This document shows, piece by piece, positions 9,061-18,677 of a stretch of 64,000 bases of DNA (positions are counted from its first letter, which is position 1; each line of letters starts with the position of its first letter). Where the stretch lies: NCBI GenBank assembly GCA_043814095.1, contig JBDRKI010000102.1, positions 64,001 through 128,000 on the forward strand, written 5' to 3'. The position numbers and the translations under genes were made by a program. The DNA is from Armatimonadota bacterium (GTDB lineage Bacteria; Vulcanimicrobiota; JACPDS01; JBDRKI01). The notes below the pieces were generated by a model, which saw only the letters and a program-made list of their open reading frames with translations, made no database searches and was not told where the DNA came from.

Positions 9061-10659
9061 ATGAAAAATAAACATAAAATTTATCTGTTAATATTAATAT
9101 TTTTATCAGTACTGCTGCTTTTCTTCCGTCTAGGAGATTACAGTTTATGGGATACCGACGAACCCCTGTACTCCCAGATGGCAAGGGAATTCAATTACCA
9201 TAATGACCTTCTTACCCTTTACTGGAACGGCGAGCCCTGGTTCTGTCATCCCCCGTTATACATGTGGCTTACAATGGTAAGCGGGAATCTGTTCGGCTGG
9301 AATGAATTTGCCGTGAGGTTTCCTTCCGCTTTATTCGGCGTTCTTATAATTATTCTCACTTATTTTATGGGTAAAAGATTTTACAATGAAGATGTGGGAT
9401 TCCTGTCGGGTTTGATTTTAATGACATCTCTTCAGGTATTTGTTCAAGGCAGGTTATCCAATTTAGATACTCTCTTTACGTTTTTCCTTATGCTCTCAAC
9501 TTATGCCTGTTATGCGGGGGTTACGGATAACTCCCGTAGGTATATACTGTTTTTCTGGCTTTCATGCGCTTTGGGAACTCTGGCTAAGGGGCCTTTCGCT
9601 CTATGCCTCCCCTTGGGCCTTATATTCCTATGGCTTTTCTCTACAAAGAAACTGAAGGAATTTAAAAAGGTATTTATATATGAAGGCATCATAGCTTATG
9701 TTATTTTAGGCGGCTTCTGGTATATAGCGGGGCTTATTAAATACAAAACAGAATTTTACAATTTAGTATTTAAATATTTTATATTCCAGAGGGTTACAAC
9801 AGCGGTAATGGACCAGAGCGGCCCTGTTTATTTTTACATACTCATATTTATAGCGGGATTCTTACCCTGGGTTTTCCTTTTCGTGCCTGCCGTTATTGAT
9901 TACTTTAAGAACAGGAAAAATGAAATTTCTGTTTTCTTGCTTATATGGGCGGTTATACCGTTTTTATTCTTCTCGCTTGTCCAGACAAAACTGCCCAATT
10001 ACATATTATTCATATACCCCGCATGCGCTATTATGCTTGCTAACTATTTTTACAACTACATTTACATTAAAGACTTAAAAACTTCGCTTTTGATATCTTT
10101 AATAGTTTACACTTTATTTTACACGGCGGTTATTACTTCTTTCGTGCTTCTTGCAAGCGGGAAATATCCCAATGAATATATGGCGGCGCGCGGGCACCTG
10201 CTTCCCCTTTTATACATAATAATAGGCACTGCTTTATTCAGCTGGTTTTTCTTTGCATTCAATAAGAGGAAATACGTGCTCCCCGCGATCATAGCGGGAA
10301 CTTTTATACTTTACCTTTCGATTGTCAACATGGCCGTGTATATTGACCAGTTTAAACCCGTAAAGCCCATAGCATTGAAGATAAAAAGCTTAAAGTCGCC
10401 TTCCGAAAAAATGATAGTATTCACAGAGAAGTTTAATAACAGCGCAAGCTTTGTATTTTACATGAACGAAAAGATTACATTCATGGAAAAGATTGATGAA
10501 CTTAAGGAATTTTTAAATAATAATCCCGGAGCTTATATCCTTATAAAAAGAGGCATTAATAACGGTGGTGACAGATATTACCAGCTTAAAACGGAAATGC
10601 CGGGAATAAAAACAGTATTCGTTAATGACGGTTATGTGGTCTGCAGGGCTACAGATTAG
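9061..10659 (+). CDS. ArnT/PMT-family (GT-C) membrane glycosyltransferase
   Basis: WDTDEPLY, HPPLYMW, AVRFPSA, LAKGP, TKLPNY; many TM segments. Confidence 0.85.
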   Translation: MKNKHKIYLLILIFLSVLLLFFRLGDYSLWDTDEPLYSQMAREFNYHNDLLTLYWNGEPWFCHPPLYMWLTMVSGNLFGWNEFAVRFPSALFGVLIIILTYFMGKRFYNEDVGFLSGLILMTSLQVFVQGRLSNLDTLFTFFLMLSTYACYAGVTDNSRRYILFFWLSCALGTLAKGPFALCLPLGLIFLWLFSTKKLKEFKKVFIYEGIIAYVILGGFWYIAGLIKYKTEFYNLVFKYFIFQRVTTAVMDQSGPVYFYILIFIAGFLPWVFLFVPAVIDYFKNRKNEISVFLLIWAVIPFLFFSLVQTKLPNYILFIYPACAIMLANYFYNYIYIKDLKTSLLISLIVYTLFYTAVITSFVLLASGKYPNEYMAARGHLLPLLYIIIGTALFSWFFFAFNKRKYVLPAIIAGTFILYLSIVNMAVYIDQFKPVKPIALKIKSLKSPSEKMIVFTEKFNNSASFVFYMNEKITFMEKIDELKEFLNNNPGAYILIKRGINNGGDRYYQLKTEMPGIKTVFVNDGYVVCRATD

Positions 10660-11599
10660 CCCTTTTAGCTATTTGTTCGTCTATATATATTATTATTTCG
10701 GAAGGTCCCCAGCTTGTAACAAGCAGGTTTATCCTGTCACCGCTTGAATGAGTGCTTTCATATATGGTCTGAGGTCCCGTAAGATCGTTTAATACGGCCT
10801 TTACATTCATTTTTTTGCTGGATGCGGGGACTACAAAGATTATATTGTCCTGTTTTAATTTTAAATCAATATATCTTGTACCCGCGCTTATTTTAAAAGA
10901 TACGTTCGTGCCCGGATAAACGAGCTCATCTTCATTAATGCTCTGCCATAGAATCTGGCCTAAGTCTTCTTCGTCGCTGTATTCCCATTTAATACTGCCT
11001 GTTTTAAGTTTTAAATCCTCCATTTTGCTTCTTGCGTCTTTTATATTCATACCCGCAAATTTAGGTACTCTCACGGAAGGCTGTCCGCCCGAGTTAACGG
11101 TTACGTCAACTTTAGTGCCTTTTTTTACTCTTGAACCTGGGAGAGGGTTCTGGTTGAATATCTGCTCCTGTTCAACCGTATTATCCTGGCCCTTTTCCAC
11201 TTTGCCTGCATCAAGCATATAGTTTGAAAGCATTATTTTGCCTTCCCTTAAAGTAAGGCCTATTAATTTCGGAACTTCGCATAAATCGGGGCCGCTGCTT
11301 ACTACAACAAGTATATCGCGCCCTTTTTTTACTTTTACGCCGGCAAGAGGCTCCTGTGATATCACGGTGTTTTCTGGCAGTTTGTTATCATATCTTGAAT
11401 CAACAACCATAATACTCAAATGTTTTGATTTTAAGGTTTTTTCCGCGTCATCTACCGAAATACTTGTAACATTAGGCACTTCAATTTCGCCTGTGGTGCC
11501 CCAGAAAGTGTAGAACATATTAAACAGAAACCATACAAAGAAAATGACCGATATTATGATAAATCCGTACAGTAATCCTTTTTTAACAGATTCTCCCAT
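10649..11599 (-). CDS. Membrane-anchored PASTA-domain protein (3 PASTA, no kinase)
   Basis: N-terminal TM; repeats VPNV..VISQEP.AG, VPKL..NQNPLPG, VPKF..WQS. Confidence 0.85.
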   Translation of the reverse strand: MGESVKKGLLYGFIIISVIFFVWFLFNMFYTFWGTTGEIEVPNVTSISVDDAEKTLKSKHLSIMVVDSRYDNKLPENTVISQEPLAGVKVKKGRDILVVVSSGPDLCEVPKLIGLTLREGKIMLSNYMLDAGKVEKGQDNTVEQEQIFNQNPLPGSRVKKGTKVDVTVNSGGQPSVRVPKFAGMNIKDARSKMEDLKLKTGSIKWEYSDEEDLGQILWQSINEDELVYPGTNVSFKISAGTRYIDLKLKQDNIIFVVPASSKKMNVKAVLNDLTGPQTIYESTHSSGDRINLLVTSWGPSEIIIYIDEQIAKRANL

Positions 11600-11611
11600 A
11601 GCATTTCTCCT

Positions 11612-13615
11612 TTACTTAACCACTATTAAATCAATCTTCTGGCCGGCAGGCACTTCCATTCCTGATTTCGGGTCCTGTTCAATAACAGTTCCCGATTTAG
11701 CTATTGAAGATTTTAAATATTCCACTTTGCCGAGAGCAAAACCGGCATTTTTTATAAGCGATTCGGCTTCGTCTTTTGACTTACCGATAAGATCAGGCAC
11801 TACTATTGTCGAAGCAAGTTTTACTTTTACAATATTGCCCTTCATAAGGGCGCCGACTTCGGGGTCCTGCATTATAATCTGAGAGTTATCGTTAATTTTA
11901 TCCCCGTTTTCAATAATTATAAGGTCTAAACCCAGTTCATTAACTTCCTGTTTTGCTTCATTTAAGCCGAGCCCTATTAAATTAGGGGCGGTTAAATTCT
12001 CAAATCCCGAGCTTAAATACAGTTTTATCTTTTTATCTTCGGGAATGGCCCGTTTAGGCTTAGGATCCTGGTCTATCACATTGCCTTTGGGTATTTTAGC
12101 AGAAGGCTTCTCCCCTGCTATTTCATAATCCAGGTTAAAATCTTTTAATATTTTTTCCGCTTCTTCCAGCGTAAGATCGGTTAAATTGGGAACGGCTTTA
12201 GCGAAAGCACCCTGGCTTACCTCAAAATATACCGTGTCTTTCTGCGCTATTTCCTCGCCGGGTGCCGGTCTCTGAGCAATAATTATGCCTTCGGGAACGT
12301 CCTTATTTATGACTTCTTTTATGACCCTGAATTTTAAATCCATGCCGTTTAGAATGGTTTCAGCGTCTTTTATGTTTTTGCCTATAAAATTAGGAACCTT
12401 TAAACCCGCGATACCCTTGCTTAAAATAACAAGTACGGGAGTGTTTATATTAAGCTTTCTGCCCCATTCTGGGTACTGTTTTATAATTCTTCCCGTCTCT
12501 ACTGTGTCGCTGAACTCTTCACCCTGCACTTTAATTTTAAGTCCCGCATTCTCGGTCGCCGTTAAAGCTTCGGCGTAGTTCATATTTACAAGGTTGGGCA
12601 CGTCAACTTTTTCCGTTAAACTGTTTATAACAAAATACGCGCCTGCCAGTAAAAGGATAAGCACTATGAATAATCCTATATAATTTCTTTTTTTAGACGG
12701 TTTCTTATCATGCCTTTCACTTCTTTTTTCAAATTTTACTTCTTCGTCTTTAAGCTTTAAAGCCGGCTTTATAATGGTATTTTCAAGCTTTACGGTTAAA
12801 AGTTTCTCCAGCGCCCTGTTAAAGTCTGTATAAAATTCATCTATATTTTTATATCTGTCCAGCGGGTTTTTGCTTAAAGCTTTTAATATGCAGTCATCTA
12901 TCTCCGTGCTTAGTTTAGGATTTATTTCAGACGGTTTTGGGGGTGTTTCTTTTACATGCTTTAAAGCCACCGTAACGGCGTTATCGCCTTCAAAGGGGAG
13001 CTTCCCGGTAAGGAGCTGGTATGCAAGAACACCCAGTGAATACACGTCCGAGGCAGGTGTTATCTCCTTGCCCTGCGCCTGTTCGGGCGAGAAATAAAAA
13101 ACAGAGCCCAGCATTGTACCCTGGGTGACCGTTTCGGTCTGGGTTATCCTTGCTATGCCGAAATCCGTAACCTTTATATTCCCTTCATCGTCTATTAAAA
13201 CGTTTGAAGGCTTTATATCCCTGTGTATAATGCCTTTAGTGTGTGCGTAAGCTATCGCGGAAGACACGTCTTTTATTATCTTAAGGGTTTCATTAAATTC
13301 TAAAACTTTTTTTGTCTCAAGGTAGTCTTTAAGATTCTCAGCGTTTATATATTCAAGAGCAAGAAAAATTAAGCCGTTATCTTCGGCAATATCATAAACA
13401 TTTATTATATTGGGATGGGATAAAGCCGCGTAAGCCCGGGCTTCGTTTTTAAATCTTAATATGAAATTTTTATCTTTTGAATACTCCGTCCGGAGTATTT
13501 TTAAAGCCACCCAGCGTCCTAGTTTTGTATCCTTGGCTTTATAGACAACAGCCATCCCGCCGTCGCCTATTTTTTTAACTATCTCGTAACGGTTCTGAAT
13601 AGTTTTTCCCAGCAT
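11612..13615 (-). CDS. pknB: PASTA-domain Ser/Thr kinase PknB/PrkC
   Basis: GDGGMAVVY, VALK, HRDIKPSN, DFG, SPEQ, TM, about 5 PASTA repeats. Confidence 0.93.
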   Translation of the reverse strand: MLGKTIQNRYEIVKKIGDGGMAVVYKAKDTKLGRWVALKILRTEYSKDKNFILRFKNEARAYAALSHPNIINVYDIAEDNGLIFLALEYINAENLKDYLETKKVLEFNETLKIIKDVSSAIAYAHTKGIIHRDIKPSNVLIDDEGNIKVTDFGIARITQTETVTQGTMLGSVFYFSPEQAQGKEITPASDVYSLGVLAYQLLTGKLPFEGDNAVTVALKHVKETPPKPSEINPKLSTEIDDCILKALSKNPLDRYKNIDEFYTDFNRALEKLLTVKLENTIIKPALKLKDEEVKFEKRSERHDKKPSKKRNYIGLFIVLILLLAGAYFVINSLTEKVDVPNLVNMNYAEALTATENAGLKIKVQGEEFSDTVETGRIIKQYPEWGRKLNINTPVLVILSKGIAGLKVPNFIGKNIKDAETILNGMDLKFRVIKEVINKDVPEGIIIAQRPAPGEEIAQKDTVYFEVSQGAFAKAVPNLTDLTLEEAEKILKDFNLDYEIAGEKPSAKIPKGNVIDQDPKPKRAIPEDKKIKLYLSSGFENLTAPNLIGLGLNEAKQEVNELGLDLIIIENGDKINDNSQIIMQDPEVGALMKGNIVKVKLASTIVVPDLIGKSKDEAESLIKNAGFALGKVEYLKSSIAKSGTVIEQDPKSGMEVPAGQKIDLIVVK

Positions 13616-13625
13616 ATTAAACCTC

Positions 13626-15029
13626 TTATCTCAAGGCGGTTTCCAGTACTCTCCTCGCGATCGGCGCCGCCGTAACTCCGCCGTATCCGCCGTTTTCCAC
13701 TATCACGCAGACCAGAACTTCGGGATCTTCAGCGGGAGCAAATCCGATAAACCACGCGTGCTCTATCCCACCGGGGTTTTCAGCAGTTCCTGTTTTACCG
13801 GCAACCGATACCCCCTGTATTTTCGCGCGCGTACCTGTGCCTTTATTGACTGCATCGACCATTATATTTTTTACTGTTTCCGCTGTATTTTTGTCTATAG
13901 GATTATACAATATTCTGGATTTATTTACAAATATTTTATTAAAGTTTTTATCTATAACTTCTTTTAATAAATAAGGCTTCATGATTTTTCCTTCATTCGC
14001 GACGGCACTGACAACCATAGCCATCTGAAGAGGGGTTATTACAATTTCTCCCTGCCCGAACCCGCTTTGAGCAAGCACACCGCTGTAAAAGGTATCTTTT
14101 CTTGAGATATGAGCTCTCTCAACAGGTACCTCTAACGGCACTTTTTTTGTTATACCGAATCTCTTAGCGTATTTTATGAAAAGGTCCGGCCCGATTGTAA
14201 GGGCTATATCCGCAAAAGCGATATTGCACGAATATATAAGGGTTTCGGAATAATTAAGACGCCCGTGCGCGGCATCATGAGCTTCATGAAGGGTGTATTT
14301 TCCCACTTTGTAGTATCCCGGACAGTTAATAGAGTAAGTCTCATCTATTGAAGCCGAATCAAGAGCCGCTGAAAGGGTGAATACTTTAAAAGTAGATCCC
14401 GGCGGGTATACGCTCTCCGTGCACCTGTCTATTAAAGGAGCGCTTTTATCTTCTATAAGATACTGCCATTCGGAATTAAGTTTGTTGGGGTTAAAACCAG
14501 GGGAAGACGCAAGAGCTAGAACCTCCCCTGTTTTGGGATTTATAGCTACTACAGCGCCTTTTTTACCGTTAATAAGTTCATATGCTTTTAACTGTACCTT
14601 TTCATCTATGGTTAATATACAGTCAAACCCGCTCCATGCTTCTTCTTTCAAAAAGCGTTTTAATTTAAATAAAGAATCTACTCTGCTGTCAAAAAGAAGG
14701 TAGCTGTTCAGATATTTTTCAAGGCCTGATTTTCCGTAAATTAAATTATCATAACCGACCAGCTGGGCTATGGCATAAGAATAAGGGTAAAACCTTTCCC
14801 ATTCATCCGGATTATCCGCGTCCTGCCTGCTGAAAGCAAGTGTTTTCATGTTGGCGGAGTATATATCGCCGCGTCTGGCAATATTTTCTTTTAATCTGGG
14901 GTCAGACGCCAGGTTATGCAGTTTTCCGGAAGCGAAGAACTGGATATAGGCAAGATAAAGAATAAGGATTACAAATATTATGCCGAAAAGTTTATACAGT
15001 TTTTTAATATTTTTATCTATATTATTCAT
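13626..15029 (-). CDS. pbpA: Class B penicillin-binding protein (PbpA-like)
   Basis: PGSTFK (SxxK), SCN (SxN), KTGT; short N-terminus. Confidence 0.85.
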   Translation of the reverse strand: MNNIDKNIKKLYKLFGIIFVILILYLAYIQFFASGKLHNLASDPRLKENIARRGDIYSANMKTLAFSRQDADNPDEWERFYPYSYAIAQLVGYDNLIYGKSGLEKYLNSYLLFDSRVDSLFKLKRFLKEEAWSGFDCILTIDEKVQLKAYELINGKKGAVVAINPKTGEVLALASSPGFNPNKLNSEWQYLIEDKSAPLIDRCTESVYPPGSTFKVFTLSAALDSASIDETYSINCPGYYKVGKYTLHEAHDAAHGRLNYSETLIYSCNIAFADIALTIGPDLFIKYAKRFGITKKVPLEVPVERAHISRKDTFYSGVLAQSGFGQGEIVITPLQMAMVVSAVANEGKIMKPYLLKEVIDKNFNKIFVNKSRILYNPIDKNTAETVKNIMVDAVNKGTGTRAKIQGVSVAGKTGTAENPGGIEHAWFIGFAPAEDPEVLVCVIVENGGYGGVTAAPIARRVLETALR

Positions 15030-15054
15030 TCTTTACTCTTTCCCTGATTCGGTT

Positions 15055-16329
15055 TTATTTGGCCTTTTCTTTTTCTTCATGAGTATTTCTGGCTATTACC
15101 GTCAGTAAACCCAGAATAATAAAATTTGAAACTATGGATGATCCGCCGTAGCTTACAAAGGGGAGTGTTATTCCTGTCAGAGGTATAATCTTTAAATTGC
15201 CGGCGATAATAACTATGGACTGCCATGCGATTATCGCTGTTAATCCTGCGGAAAGCAGTTTCCCGAAGCTTTCTTTAACATTGATACTTACTTTAAAAGC
15301 TTTCCCTATGAACAAAAGATAAAGGATTATAAGGGCAGTGGCGCCTAAAAATCCCATCTCTTCAGATATGGCGCTGAATATAAAGTCGGTCTGCACGGCG
15401 GGCACGTAATACGGTTTGCCCATGCCCAGTCCCGTGCCGAATAATCCCCCTGCGGTTATTGAAAAAAGCCCTTGTATAATCTGGTGCCCCATGCCGTAAG
15501 GATCGCTCCAGGGATTTAACCAGCTTATAAACCTTACCTTTATGTGGGCAAACGCCCTGTAGCACAGGTAAGATCCGCCGGCAAAAAGCATTATGCTTGT
15601 TACCATGATATCTTTCCTGGACGTGCTTAAATAAAACATAGTGATAAAGATACTGAACAGCAGAAGCGCCATACCCATATCTTTTTGCAGGACTATTATG
15701 AACATGCATAAAAGCCACATTACAAATACGGGTATCATGTATTTGAAAGTTGATATCCTTGTAAGGCTGTATCTGGCGCTTAAGTATTCTTTGTATTCCG
15801 ATAAATAATAAGCCAGGAAAATAACAAGAAGTATTTTAATTATCTCAGAAGGCTGGAAGTAAAAAAATCCCAAATCAAACCACAGTTTTGCGTAATTTAT
15901 TTCCGTTCCCCATACCGAGACCATAACCTGCAGGATTATACCTATTATCAGGAACAAATAGCTGTAATTTGCCAGTGATCTGTAATTTTTAAGGAGTAGA
16001 ACTATAAAAAAGTATATTAATATCCCTATAATAAGCCAGTTTATCTGCTTATAAAATAACAGGTCGCTTATTCTGTATAATTCAATAAGCCCTATATTTG
16101 AAATAAAAATTGCCAGCGGAAAAAGATAGCTTTCATAATTTTTCTTTAAAGCGGAAAGCGCGGAACTTGCGAGCAGCGCCACTAAAAAGTAAAAGAGCGA
16201 TACCGCCATCGCATTAATGTCTATTTTCTGCCTTACGGCCAGCGACGTTAATATTAGTCCGGTATATAATATAATAAAAGCGTATATCAGAAACCTTAGT
16301 TCAAGCTGTCTTATTGATAATTTTTTCAT
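15055..16329 (-). CDS. rodA: SEDS peptidoglycan glycosyltransferase (RodA/FtsW)
   Basis: FQPSEIIK, QKDMG, TDFIFSAISEEMG, PLTGITLPFVSYGGSS. Confidence 0.88.
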   Translation of the reverse strand: MKKLSIRQLELRFLIYAFIILYTGLILTSLAVRQKIDINAMAVSLFYFLVALLASSALSALKKNYESYLFPLAIFISNIGLIELYRISDLLFYKQINWLIIGILIYFFIVLLLKNYRSLANYSYLFLIIGIILQVMVSVWGTEINYAKLWFDLGFFYFQPSEIIKILLVIFLAYYLSEYKEYLSARYSLTRISTFKYMIPVFVMWLLCMFIIVLQKDMGMALLLFSIFITMFYLSTSRKDIMVTSIMLFAGGSYLCYRAFAHIKVRFISWLNPWSDPYGMGHQIIQGLFSITAGGLFGTGLGMGKPYYVPAVQTDFIFSAISEEMGFLGATALIILYLLFIGKAFKVSINVKESFGKLLSAGLTAIIAWQSIVIIAGNLKIIPLTGITLPFVSYGGSSIVSNFIILGLLTVIARNTHEEKEKAK

Positions 16330-16332
16330 AAT

Positions 16333-16767
16333 TTAATAAATGCTAACCCTGATCTGCACATCTCCTAAATTTATTATGTCTTGGTCCTTCAATCTTAAAG
16401 ATTTAGCTACCAGTTTATTGTTAACAAATGTCCCGTTTGTTGAATCCAGGTCCTCAATATAGTAAACCTCATTAAGTTTTTTAATCTTAAGGTGAGCGCC
16501 TGAAATATATTTATCCACAACCACAATGTCATTGTGCATCTCACGGCCCAGCGTTATCTCCAGAAGAGCATCCAGATCCTTTTTGATCAGCTTTATCTTA
16601 TCAGATCCTTTTATTACTTCAAGTCTTAATCTTACTGTTTTATCAGACTCATCGCGGGATGAAGGTGCTGCTTCTATATCTTTCTGTATGGTATTTATTA
16701 TGTTCTGTATGAATAAAAATATGAGAAGTATAAACGCTATTCTTATTATATAAAGCAAAAGTTCCAT
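16333..16767 (-). CDS. Membrane-anchored FHA protein (FhaB-like)
   Basis: N-terminal TM; LGR...ISGAH...DLDSTNGTFVN. Confidence 0.88.
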   Translation of the reverse strand: MELLLYIIRIAFILLIFLFIQNIINTIQKDIEAAPSSRDESDKTVRLRLEVIKGSDKIKLIKKDLDALLEITLGREMHNDIVVVDKYISGAHLKIKKLNEVYYIEDLDSTNGTFVNNKLVAKSLRLKDQDIINLGDVQIRVSIY

Positions 16768-16782
16768 GATATTGTTCCTTTC

Positions 16783-17235
16783 TTATTCAAGCATGGAGTT
16801 TAATTTACTACGCATTCTTTCATAATGGGTACCCGTCCAGTAAATTCTGCCGCATCCGGCGCATATTGAAAATTCATTTTTGGTTTTAGCCGTATATGGT
16901 GGAATTTTATCAATTATTTCCTCTTTGTCAATATCTTTGAGGAGTTTGTTGCATACAGTGCATCTTGAGAAAAAACAGAATTCTTCTTTTGTTATATTAA
17001 ATTCGAAAAACAGCTGTTTTATCTGTTTATCCAGATCATCATGATTTATAAAGCACATTTTTATTGTTTTAAGATTCTTATATTTATTATCCCTTGTAAG
17101 CAGAATCCTGTCTTCTTTTTTCGCGGAAAAATAAAGATCTGTATCTTTCGAGTCTTTCACGTATTCGGTGTCAAACCCGCAGATCCTGAGCCATTTGGCA
17201 AGCTTGCCCAGCATAGAGTCTAAAAGAAATTTCAC
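16783..17235 (-). CDS. Mut7-C RNase domain (PIN-like + Zn ribbon) protein
   Basis: FLLDSMLGKLAKWLRICGFD, LLTRD, SRCTVCN, CAGCGRIYWTGTH. Confidence 0.88.
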   Translation of the reverse strand: MKFLLDSMLGKLAKWLRICGFDTEYVKDSKDTDLYFSAKKEDRILLTRDNKYKNLKTIKMCFINHDDLDKQIKQLFFEFNITKEEFCFFSRCTVCNKLLKDIDKEEIIDKIPPYTAKTKNEFSICAGCGRIYWTGTHYERMRSKLNSMLE

Positions 17236-18246
17236 TTATTTAATCCCGCTTAAAAATTTAGCCGCTTCTTCAGGCGCAGTAGTATTTATATACATCCCTG
17301 TCCCGAGTTCAAACCCGGCCGGAGTTGTGATACGCGGCGTTATCTGCAGGTGCCAGTGATATGAATCCGAGTGTTTCTCCGGCACCATAAGACTGTGCAG
17401 TGTAAGGTTATAACTCGGATCAGAGAGACATTTGGATAATCTTAACAAAGTTTCTTTAAGTATCCATGCCAGGTCTTTTCTCTGCTTCTGCGTTGAACAT
17501 GCGAATGAGGAATCGTGTTTTCTGGGGAGAATCCATATCTCAAACGGATATTTTGAGAAAAACGGGCATATGCTTATGAAAGAATCATTTTCACAGACTT
17601 TACGCTCTCCGGCCTGGTCCTCAAACTGTATTATCCGGCAGTAGGGGCAGTCTTCCTCGTATTCGTAATAAAGAGTCGCCCCCTTAATATCAAGAAAAAC
17701 ATCTTTGGGTATGACAGGCGTTGCAATAAGCTGTGAATGGGGGTGTGAAAGAGATGTTCCTGCCTCGGGTCCGTGATTCCTGAATATTATTATATGCCTG
17801 AGGTTTTTTCTGTTAGAAAGTTCTGTATACCTTTTATAATACACGGTTATTATGCTTTCTATCTGGTTTAAATCCATAAGAGTTATATCCGTGAAATGAT
17901 CGGGGCTTTCAATAATTACCTCATGCTCCCCCACCCCGTTTGATATAACGTATACTCCTTCGGAATGTTTTTTAAGCTCTCCCCGGCTTACAAGAGCAGG
18001 GTATTTATTCGGGACAACCCTTACATCCCAGTCATATTTATTTTTTGATTTGCCGTTTTTATAGGAAAGTATGATATCAGGGGTCATGCTTTCATTTCCG
18101 GGGCAGAAAGGACACTTTTTTAATATCTCTTCCTTGTCTGTTACGATCTTTACATGGTTTTTTTTGAACTCTTCGGGACGGATACTCCTTTCCTTGGAGA
18201 TTATAACCCATTCCCTTGTAATTATATTCTTGCGCAGTTCCGGCAT
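17236..18246 (-). CDS. galT: Galactose-1-phosphate uridylyltransferase family (HIT)
   Basis: CPFCPGNE, NKYPAL, HEVIIESP, AGTSLSHPHSQ, AGFELGTG. Confidence 0.88.
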   Translation of the reverse strand: MPELRKNIITREWVIISKERSIRPEEFKKNHVKIVTDKEEILKKCPFCPGNESMTPDIILSYKNGKSKNKYDWDVRVVPNKYPALVSRGELKKHSEGVYVISNGVGEHEVIIESPDHFTDITLMDLNQIESIITVYYKRYTELSNRKNLRHIIIFRNHGPEAGTSLSHPHSQLIATPVIPKDVFLDIKGATLYYEYEEDCPYCRIIQFEDQAGERKVCENDSFISICPFFSKYPFEIWILPRKHDSSFACSTQKQRKDLAWILKETLLRLSKCLSDPSYNLTLHSLMVPEKHSDSYHWHLQITPRITTPAGFELGTGMYINTTAPEEAAKFLSGIK

Positions 18247-18291
18247 AAATAGTCCCCTTTTTATTATAATAAATAATTTAATGCTTAAAGC

Positions 18292-18321
18292 TTGACGCTT
18301 AAGCCCGCCTAATGTTATAAT
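18292..18321 (+). promoter_or_regulatory. Sigma70/SigA promoter of rpsT
   Basis: TTGACG-N18-TATAAT with extended TG. Confidence 0.65.
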
Positions 18322-18360
18322 AACTTATCTTTTTATAGAAAAAATCCTTTGGAGGGATAA

Positions 18361-18624
18361 ATGGCAAGAATTAAAAAAGCTAAAAAAATGATCAAGGTTC
18401 ACGAAAAGAAAAGACTGCGCAATGTAGGGATAAAATCAGAGGTTAAAAGCAGGGTTAAAAAAATCGTAGCTTCTCCCGAAATGGAAAACCTTACCGAATA
18501 CGTAAAAACAACCATAAAGAGAACCGACCAGGCAGCGCAAAAAGGCATAATAAAAAAGAATAAAGCGGCCAGGATAAAATCAAGATTAATGAAAAGAGTA
18601 AACAAAGCCAAAACAAGCGCTTAA
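18361..18624 (+). CDS. rpsT: 30S ribosomal protein S20
   Basis: MARIKKAKK...RLRN...KGIIKKNKAARIKSRL. Confidence 0.92.
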   Translation: MARIKKAKKMIKVHEKKRLRNVGIKSEVKSRVKKIVASPEMENLTEYVKTTIKRTDQAAQKGIIKKNKAARIKSRLMKRVNKAKTSA

Positions 18625-18650
18625 TTCTTAATCCGCAGATCTGAAAATAT

Positions 18651-18677
18651 AACCCCGTTATAAAATTTAGCGGGGTT
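18651..18677. terminator. Probable terminator between rpsT and hutI
   Basis: AACCCCGTTA / TAGCGGGGTT stem overlapping the hutI stop. Confidence 0.45.
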
